Source: Opitutales bacterium (GTDB taxonomy: Bacteria > Verrucomicrobiota > Verrucomicrobiia > Opitutales > UBA953). From it: a DNA stretch of 64,000 nt. A program made the position numbers and the translations under genes. Location of the stretch: assembly GCA_044350605.1 (NCBI GenBank), contig JBILHF010000003.1, forward strand, positions 3,401 to 67,400, read 5' to 3'. The notes beneath the pieces are model-generated. The model was given only the letters and a program-made list of their open reading frames with translations, was not told where the DNA came from and made no database searches. Of this stretch, positions 56,520 through 62,910 are shown in pieces. Every line of letters begins with the position of its first letter. Position 1 is the first letter of the stretch.

Positions 56520-57914
56520 TTACTTTCCGATGAAAACGCTTTCGTAGCCTTTGGCAACCAACACCCAGTAGCGGTCGCCGCCTTCGCGGAGGGTCACGCT
56601 GGAGACCGCATAGCCCGGGACGAAAGGTTCGCTGGCGTCGGTAGCGAGAATCAGGCGAAGGGGGGCTTTGGCCGCCTGCGGGAAGTCACTGAAGCCGACC
56701 TTATATTGCCTGAGATAATACGGGAGCGGCCAATAATGCCCTCCCTCCACGGCGACATAGAATTCATCGCCGCAGGCCTTAGCCAGCCTGCCGACACCCG
56801 CATTGAACAAACCGAGGTCCGACGTGCGCGTGTGCTCGGCCAAGGAAGGACGGGCGAGCATCGCGACCGCCGCCATACCGACGGCGAGTAAGGCGACGCG
56901 CGTGACCCGACCGTCGAGCAGATGCGGCAAGGCGAGCGTCAGCGGCAGCGAGAAGACCAGCAGCAGTAGCCACGGCGTCTTGTAAGGCAAAGCGAAGTGG
57001 AAGAGGAAGACGAGGAGCGCGACCAAGCACGGCAGATCGGCCTCATGTCGGCTCCGCCATCCGGCGCGCGAAAGACCGGAGCGGGCGAGGGCGAAGACGG
57101 CCAGCCATGCGGCGGCCCAGCCCCAAGGCGCGAGACTTTCGGCGAAGAGAGTGTCCTCCGATCGGCCGCTGGCGACGCCGAGCGAACGCGCCAACTGCAG
57201 CCACCAGGTCTTCAGGCCGGGCAGATCCGTGAAGCCGACGGATTGGAACAAGGCCCAGGAAGCGACCAGACCGAAGCCGAAACGCAGCCAGCGGCGATCG
57301 GGCACGAAGCGGCGCAGGAGCAACAAGGCCAAGAGAAAGAAGACCAGGTAGGCCGCCGCGGTGACCTTGCAGGCGAGAGCGAAACCGAAAGCCGCGCCGG
57401 AAAGCAACCACCAGCGGGAAGTCGGCGGCGACCCTTCGGCACGCATCCATAAGGCGACACCCCAGACGAAGCCCGTCACCAGCAGCATCTCCTGGACGAA
57501 GTAATAGCTGAACGGCGTGCACCCGCCGGTGAGCACGATGAAGGCGGCCGTCACATACCGCGGCCCCTTGCCGACGCCCGGCAGGATCAAGGCTGCCGCC
57601 GCCATGAGCCCAAGGAAGATCGAGACGATGCTGCGCAGGTAATGCTCCGACATCTCAGTCGGCGCGGTCCCGGTCACCTTGGCGGAGATGAGCAGCGCCG
57701 TGGCCAGCGTCGGTCCATGGAACTTGTCCTGATTCGTGCTATAAGCCTTACCCTCGGACAACTCCTTGGCCAAGGACCACTGGACGGCTTCGTCGGCATG
57801 CAATGATGCGGGCGGGACGAAGGTGATCGCCGACCAGAACAGAGCGACGGTGACGACGATGGCCAGGCCGAACCGCGAGACCGTGCCTGACTGGTTCGTC
57901 GCGTCGACCATCAC
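56520..57914 (-). CDS. GT-C fold membrane glycosyltransferase-like protein (GT39/ArnT/PMT_2-like)
   Basis: The protein has about 10-12 TM helices. The first extracytoplasmic loop carries HADEAVQW, a D-E motif typical of GT-C enzymes. A soluble C-terminal domain follows. The ATG overlaps the thioesterase stop. Confidence 0.6.
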   Translation of the reverse strand: MMVDATNQSGTVSRFGLAIVVTVALFWSAITFVPPASLHADEAVQWSLAKELSEGKAYSTNQDKFHGPTLATALLISAKVTGTAPTEMSEHYLRSIVSIFLGLMAAAALILPGVGKGPRYVTAAFIVLTGGCTPFSYYFVQEMLLVTGFVWGVALWMRAEGSPPTSRWWLLSGAAFGFALACKVTAAAYLVFFLLALLLLRRFVPDRRWLRFGFGLVASWALFQSVGFTDLPGLKTWWLQLARSLGVASGRSEDTLFAESLAPWGWAAAWLAVFALARSGLSRAGWRSRHEADLPCLVALLVFLFHFALPYKTPWLLLLVFSLPLTLALPHLLDGRVTRVALLAVGMAAVAMLARPSLAEHTRTSDLGLFNAGVGRLAKACGDEFYVAVEGGHYWPLPYYLRQYKVGFSDFPQAAKAPLRLILATDASEPFVPGYAVSSVTLREGGDRYWVLVAKGYESVFIGK

Positions 57915-58342
57915 ACGCCGAAATGCTTCTGCAACGCGGTCTTGATGTCGAGCGGCACGAGGGCGGCCGACATCGGACCCTGCGCTTCGCGCCAGGCGTA
58001 GACGGTCGTGAGGGCGCCCTTGGCGACGGCGCGTTCGCCGACGGCGGCGGTGAAGCCCCAGACGAGTTTCTTGTCGCCGATCTCGATCGGCGTCAGCGCG
58101 ACGGTCACGACGTCCTCACGGTAGATCGGGGAAAGGAAGTCGCACTCAACGCGTACCCGGGGAAACCCGGTGAGCTTGGCGCCCTCGGTGCGGAGGAACG
58201 GCAGTTTGAGATGACGGAAGAGGGCCTCTTCGGTCGCCTCGACCCAGAAGAAGACCGTCGAGAAATGCACGATGCCCGCGGCGTCCGTGTCGGAGAAGTT
58301 GGCGCGGTAATCCGCCGTGAAAGGAGCCATGACTCCATCCAA
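57911..58342 (-). CDS. Hotdog-fold acyl-CoA thioesterase (4HBT/YbgC-like)
   Basis: The product contains YRANFSDTDAAGIVHFSTVFFWVEATEEALFRHL, the catalytic Asp region typical of YbgC/4HBT. Confidence 0.75.
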   Translation of the reverse strand: MDGVMAPFTADYRANFSDTDAAGIVHFSTVFFWVEATEEALFRHLKLPFLRTEGAKLTGFPRVRVECDFLSPIYREDVVTVALTPIEIGDKKLVWGFTAAVGERAVAKGALTTVYAWREAQGPMSAALVPLDIKTALQKHFGV

Positions 58343-58367
58343 GCCGTCCGGCCCGCCGGCGCAACCG

Positions 58368-59447
58368 TCAAGGCGCCTTCCGGCCGCCCTTACGGAGCCA
58401 GGAGACCGAGGTCCAGGCGCCGCCGGAGGCCGTCACGCACGCGCGCAAGAAGGCCTGCGGCTCCTGCTGGACGCTGAAGAGGTATAGCCTCGGACCACGG
58501 CCTTGCGCGCCCTTGGCGAAGGCGTCCAGCCACTCGCGCTGCCAACGCGTCTGCCCCTTCTGCGCGCCCCCGAACTTATGATAAGAGCTGTCGGACCAGA
58601 CCATCTTGGGTTCGCCCTTCTTGGCCACGTAGAGACGGACGCCGTCCTGAAAATCCGAGAAGACCACCAAGGCATCATAGGGCTCGGCCAAGAGCCGATC
58701 CATCCATGCGCCCAGCGAACCCTTCTCGCAGGCCGTGCGGACCTTCGCCTGCACCAGGCGTCCCGCGGGCGTCAGGGTCTCGACGACGGTCTGAGTCGGC
58801 CCTTCGCGGAGGCGGGGCGCCTGACCATGGAAACTGCGGCCGTAGACGACCTTGTCGCCCAAGCCGACGACGCGGGCGCCATCGAAGCGGAAGACGTCCG
58901 CGTCCGGAAACTGCTTCCGGATCTCGGCTTCGACGCGCGGCAGGTAGGAACGCATCGACCCTGAGCAATCCAGGTAGACCGCCACGCGCTGCGCGCGGAT
59001 GAACGCACCCATCACTGGACGGCCGGTGAAGCCCATGCGATTACCCAGCCCTGAGCCCAAGCCGTTGCCACCGAAGGCGCCTTGTCCGCGGCCGAACCCA
59101 CCCTTCCCTTTGCCTGACGCCAAACCGGCCAGTCCTGCTTCAAGGGTCGGTAGCTTCATTGGCGGCAGCGCCAGCGTCCCGCTCGCTGACTTTGAGACCA
59201 GTCGCTTCGCCGGCACCGCGACCTTCGGCTTGCGTTGGACCGGGTGAACGGAGGCCGGCGCGCCCGACTTACCTCCGGCGACGGCGTGCGCGACGAACAC
59301 CTTAGCCGGCGGCGGACGAGTCGGCGTGCGCAGGACGACCCAGCAGGCGAGCACGACGAGCAAGCCATGGAAGAGCAGCGACGAAGCCAGGCTGCGCCAA
59401 GCGCGCGGGCGCGGGCGAGAAGCCACGAGAGGATCGGCCAAAGACAT
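58368..59447 (-). CDS. Membrane-anchored vWA/MIDAS-like protein, paralogue 1 (SxxxH TM anchor, Gly-rich linker, vWA-like domain)
   Basis: The TM helix is AWRSLASSLLFHGLLVVLACWVV. The linker reads KSASGTLALPPM...GKGKGGFGRGQGAFGGNGLGSGLG...RPVMGAFI. The domain reads RVAVYLDCSGSM...VEAEIRKQFPDADVF...GSLGAWMD...YDALVVFSDFQDG...GPRLYLFS. Confidence 0.75.
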   Translation of the reverse strand: MSLADPLVASRPRPRAWRSLASSLLFHGLLVVLACWVVLRTPTRPPPAKVFVAHAVAGGKSGAPASVHPVQRKPKVAVPAKRLVSKSASGTLALPPMKLPTLEAGLAGLASGKGKGGFGRGQGAFGGNGLGSGLGNRMGFTGRPVMGAFIRAQRVAVYLDCSGSMRSYLPRVEAEIRKQFPDADVFRFDGARVVGLGDKVVYGRSFHGQAPRLREGPTQTVVETLTPAGRLVQAKVRTACEKGSLGAWMDRLLAEPYDALVVFSDFQDGVRLYVAKKGEPKMVWSDSSYHKFGGAQKGQTRWQREWLDAFAKGAQGRGPRLYLFSVQQEPQAFLRACVTASGGAWTSVSWLRKGGRKAP

Positions 59448-59541
59448 GGCCCGCAGGTTAGCGGGCCATCGTCGGACTCAAGGTCGAGCCCCGTCATCCA
59501 TCCCTGAGCCTTCGCCCCGGCGAAGTCCTCAGGATGGGGCC

Positions 59542-60291
59542 TCAGTTACCGGGACGGGGCGGGCCGTCGGGGCGCAGCCAATCAACGAGCGTGAATTTTC
59601 CGCCCGAGACGTCGGCGCACTTCTGGAGCACGCGCGTCGCGGGATGGCGGGTGGAGAAAAGATAGAGCACGGGTCCTTTGCCTGAGCGCGCGGCCTCGAA
59701 AGAACCGATCCACGAATCTTCCCAGACCTTCTCCGCGACCGTGCGGCTATCGGCGATCTCCGCTTCCGGCAGCGCACGCTGGGCCGCGTCATCGACATAG
59801 ACCTCACCCTTACCAGCCCGAGCCTGGATGACTGGGTCGTTGAAATCCGAGAAGATGACCAGCGCATCGTAACGCTTCTCGCGACGAAGGATATCGACCC
59901 AGGCGCCCACTGAGCCGACTTCGAAATTGCCGGCATAGCGCGAGAGGATCTCTCGGCCCACCGGCGTCATCCGGCTCGTGTCGACCGAGACGCGCGGCCC
60001 CGTGACCGGAGGACGATGAGCCAGGCCCATGAGGCCGCTTCCTCGGACGGCAGCACCATCGACCCAGACCTTGATCGCCGGCACGAGGAAAACATCGGCA
60101 TCGGGGAACTGCTTACGCACCTCCGCCTCGACCGCAGGCAGGGAGTCGGCCATCGAGTTCGAGCAATCAAGATACACGGCGATCCGGGGGCCGGACGTGG
60201 TCGCCGCGGGAAGTTCACCCACCTTGGCCGCATGCGCGAAGGCGGAAAGCAAGGCCAGGACGAGGGTCGTGATCAAACGAGAGGGGCTCAT
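59542..60291 (-). CDS. Secreted vWA/MIDAS-like protein, paralogue 2 (signal peptide only)
   Basis: The signal peptide is MSPSRLITTLVLALLSAFAHA. The domain reads RIAVYLDCSNSM...VEAEVRKQFPDADVF...GSVGAWVDIL..YDALVIFSDFNDP...GPVLYLFS. Confidence 0.75.
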   Translation of the reverse strand: MSPSRLITTLVLALLSAFAHAAKVGELPAATTSGPRIAVYLDCSNSMADSLPAVEAEVRKQFPDADVFLVPAIKVWVDGAAVRGSGLMGLAHRPPVTGPRVSVDTSRMTPVGREILSRYAGNFEVGSVGAWVDILRREKRYDALVIFSDFNDPVIQARAGKGEVYVDDAAQRALPEAEIADSRTVAEKVWEDSWIGSFEAARSGKGPVLYLFSTRHPATRVLQKCADVSGGKFTLVDWLRPDGPPRPGN

Positions 60292-60448
60292 TGGGGTGAA
60301 TCAATCCTAGGCGAAATCAAAATGAAAACAGCAGCAAAACCTTCCGTAAGGCGAAGTCCTCAGTCGGGACCGATGGCCGGAACGCCTCCAAACAGACGCC
60401 CCTCAACGACCCGAAGGCCGTGAGGGGCGGAGATCGCCGACGGAATCG

Positions 60449-62431
60449 TCAGCGCGTCGGAGCGGCACCGCGGTTGCTTCCCGCGCCGGAACCGGCCGGC
60501 CGGAAACGGAGCACGCTGTTGGCGCCTGCCGCCGTAGCCGGAGCAGACATCTCGACGGTGAAGAAACCGGGCGACTTCTTATCCGGGGTCACGGCGACGA
60601 CCTTGGTGCCAGCCGGGAAGCGATTGTCCTGGATGAGCATGCCCGAACGGAGGTCGATCGAACCAGAGACGTCTTCGATCGTCTTGGAGTCCTTCGCGAG
60701 GGTGCCGACCGCCTGGATGAGCGGAATAAAGGCGTAAACCGCGTTGAGGGCGTCCTCGGTGAGCGGGACGGAGACGGTCAGCTGCTTGTCGATCACGCGC
60801 TTCATGCGCTTCTTCTCCGGATCCTCGGGGTCGAGGACATTCTTGAACGTCGGCATTGCCGTGAGGGTCGCGCCATCCGGGACGCCTCGGCCGCTGACCG
60901 GCATGCCGACATAGAGGTCGTCGTAGTTATGCAGGTCGTTGAGGGTATTGGTGCCCTTCTTGCTACTGCCGAATTTCACCATGATCGCTGCTCCCTCGGA
61001 GGCCGAGACGCAGCGCTGAAAGATCGTGCCGGGCTTGTTGCCATAGGCACGGGAAGTGCTGATGAGATAGAGACGGGGGCCCTTGTTCTCGCGGGCGCCG
61101 GCGAAGGCCTTCTCCCACTCGGCCTCCCACTTACGCTCTTCGGGGAAACGCTTGTCGCCGCCGTTATTGCAGGTGATGCGTCCGCTGGCGAGGGCCGTCA
61201 GGGGCTTGCTGAGCGTGAAGCTCACGTTCTCCTTGATCTCGGTCACCGTGGTGCCGGGGGGGATGCCGGAGCCGAGGGCGACCATGCCGACGATCAGGCC
61301 GGAGGTGTCCTTGCACTGCACGACGTTCTGACCGGAGCCACCGCCGTTGGCGATCAACGTCACGGAACGGGCGAAGCCGCCGCCCTGATTGGTGCGATCG
61401 GAGAAGACGACGGGCGGGTCGGCGCGCATGCCCTTGTCAGGCTTGTAGGCGGAGACGTTGCCGATCGCCTTGGTGCGGATCTGGCGGACGCCGTCCTGGA
61501 AGTCAGAGAAGATGATGAGCGCGTCGTAGGTGCGGTCGTCCTTGAGGATATCGACCCAGCCGCCGACGGAGCCCGTCTTGAAATTGGCGGCGTATTTCTT
61601 GTAGATGGCGCGCCCTTGGGTCGTGAGTTTGTTCACGTTCGTCTCGGTCGGGACCAGTTCGCCCTTCGCGTTCTTCTTGGAGCCGGCACCGGTCGGACGG
61701 TTCAGGTAAGGAGCACCCTTAAACTTATCACCGCCGACGATCTCGTTGTCATGGACGTCGATGAACACACCGTTGCTGAGGTAGACGTCCGCGTCCGGGA
61801 ACTTGTCGCGGATCTCGGCCTCGACGCGCTCGAGGTAGGGCAGCATGGAGGCCGAGGCGTCGAAATAGACCGCCAGGCGCTGGGAGAAGATGTTCGCGCC
61901 CATGACCGGCTTCGCGACGAAGTTCTTGCCGCCGCCGGAGCCCATGCCGCGGCCGGTGCCGATGCCGCCGCCGGAGCCGCCGCCGAAGCCCTTGGAAGAG
62001 CCGCCGGCCATCGCGCCGGAGACCATCGACGAGGCCGAAGCGGAGTTCGGCATGTCAGGCAGGGCGATGGAAGCGGAGGCGCTCTTGGAAGTGATGCGGG
62101 TGGTCGTCTTGGCCAGCGACTTCACGTTCTTCGGCTTGATCTTGTGCTGGGTGTTCTTGACGCGCTCGCCGCCGGAACCGCCGCCCGCGCCGGTCGCGAA
62201 CTGGTTAGGGTCCTTCTTGGCGTTGTCCGTGACGGTCGAGACCACGAAGGCGGCCGCGACGAAGATGAGCAAGGCGTGGAAGGCGATCGACACCGAGAGA
62301 CCGCTGGCGCCGATGCGCTGCCAGAAGGACTTCTTGCCGCGCTTGGTACCAAGGATCTCGTCGGTCTCGATCTCCTTGACGGGGGCCGGAGGGACGTCGC
62401 CAGGGGGAGGCGTAGGGGTTTCTTCGCTCAT
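60449..62431 (-). CDS. Membrane-anchored vWA/MIDAS-like protein, paralogue 3 (660 aa, with extra repeat modules)
   Basis: The TM helix is GLSVSIAFHALLIFVAAAFVV. The linker reads KSASASIALPDM...SKGFGGGSGGGIGTGRGMGSGGG...KPVMGANI. The domain reads RLAVYFDASASM...VEAEIRDKFPDADVY...GSVGGWVDIL..YDALIIFSDFQDG...GPRLYLIS. Three GM.V.G.G(I/V)P.GT-type repeats are also present. Confidence 0.78.
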   Translation of the reverse strand: MSEETPTPPPGDVPPAPVKEIETDEILGTKRGKKSFWQRIGASGLSVSIAFHALLIFVAAAFVVSTVTDNAKKDPNQFATGAGGGSGGERVKNTQHKIKPKNVKSLAKTTTRITSKSASASIALPDMPNSASASSMVSGAMAGGSSKGFGGGSGGGIGTGRGMGSGGGKNFVAKPVMGANIFSQRLAVYFDASASMLPYLERVEAEIRDKFPDADVYLSNGVFIDVHDNEIVGGDKFKGAPYLNRPTGAGSKKNAKGELVPTETNVNKLTTQGRAIYKKYAANFKTGSVGGWVDILKDDRTYDALIIFSDFQDGVRQIRTKAIGNVSAYKPDKGMRADPPVVFSDRTNQGGGFARSVTLIANGGGSGQNVVQCKDTSGLIVGMVALGSGIPPGTTVTEIKENVSFTLSKPLTALASGRITCNNGGDKRFPEERKWEAEWEKAFAGARENKGPRLYLISTSRAYGNKPGTIFQRCVSASEGAAIMVKFGSSKKGTNTLNDLHNYDDLYVGMPVSGRGVPDGATLTAMPTFKNVLDPEDPEKKRMKRVIDKQLTVSVPLTEDALNAVYAFIPLIQAVGTLAKDSKTIEDVSGSIDLRSGMLIQDNRFPAGTKVVAVTPDKKSPGFFTVEMSAPATAAGANSVLRFRPAGSGAGSNRGAAPTR

Positions 62432-62568
62432 CGTTTAAAGGGGGTAGTTAATCTTCTCCCCTGCCCCGCCTGCTTCAACCCTTTTTGGGCGGCCAGAGGG
62501 CTGATAACTGGCTCAAGAAATGGCTTGCGGACGGGCCTGCGTGCCATTCTCCTTCGCCTTCCACTGAT

Positions 62569-62646
62569 TGCAGGGTGGAGCAGCCCGGTTAGCTCGTCAG
62601 GCTCATAACCTGAAGGTCGTAGGTTCAAATCCTACCCCTGCACCCA
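62569..62646 (+). tRNA. tRNA-Met (anticodon CAT), initiator-like, with CCA encoded
   Basis: Cloverleaf folded by hand: TGCAGGG-TG-GAGC-AGCCCGGTTA-GCTC-G-TCAGG-CTCATAA-CCTGA-AGGTC-GTAGG-TTCAAAT-CCTAC-CCCTGCA-C-CCA. The D-arm, anticodon loop and T-arm are near-identical to the E. coli tRNA-fMet as I recall it. The A11:U24 pair is present. Confidence 0.9.
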
Positions 62647-62784
62647 ATTTCAAAGCCCTAAGGGGCAGTTAGTTACGGAACTGACAAAAAGGTGCGGATT
62701 TCACTTGAACCGGTCAGAATTAAATGCACGGTATCAGGTATTAAATTTGTCCTACGGGACAATGGGGTAAGTAAGATAAAGCAG

Positions 62785-62832
62785 TAAAAAACAGGCGGCT
62801 TGCATAGGGGTATGCAAGCCGCCTCCTTTTTT
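62785..62832. terminator. Strong bidirectional terminator between the tRNA trailer (+) and pilC/gspF (-)
   Basis: A 14-bp perfect stem AGGCGGCTTGCATA-GGGG-TATGCAAGCCGCCT is flanked by AAAAAA on the 5' side and CCTTTTTT on the 3' side. Confidence 0.85.
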
Positions 62833-62910
62833 GGGGGTCACTCCCCCGCCCTGGACACGAAAAAGCCCGGCTCCTTGCGGACCGGGCTTCGTCGTAGGCA
62901 GGCGGATCGC

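Noticed and set aside
58368-62431. The conserved C-terminal C..(A/V)S.G motifs of the three paralogues (CVTASGGAWT, CADVSGGKFT, CVSASEGAAI), considered as ApbE flavinylation sites.
   Set aside because: They do not match the D-x-x-[ST]-G-A-[ST] consensus. Spacing and the Ala/Thr positions differ and are not conserved among the three. No other neighbour has an SGAT/TGAT motif.
60929-62608. A 559-aa + strand ORF opposite vWA-like paralogue 3, running into the tRNA.
   Set aside because: The minus-strand frame shares conserved blocks with two adjacent paralogues, which supports that strand. The + ORF is compositionally a shadow and would overlap the tRNA gene.
62647-62910. An integrated mobile element or genomic island at the tRNA-Met 3' end.
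   Set aside because: There is no integrase or excisionase, and by eye no direct repeat of the tRNA 3' end in the window. The AT-rich segment is only ~150 nt. The observation is kept as a possible sRNA or scar, not as a mobile element.
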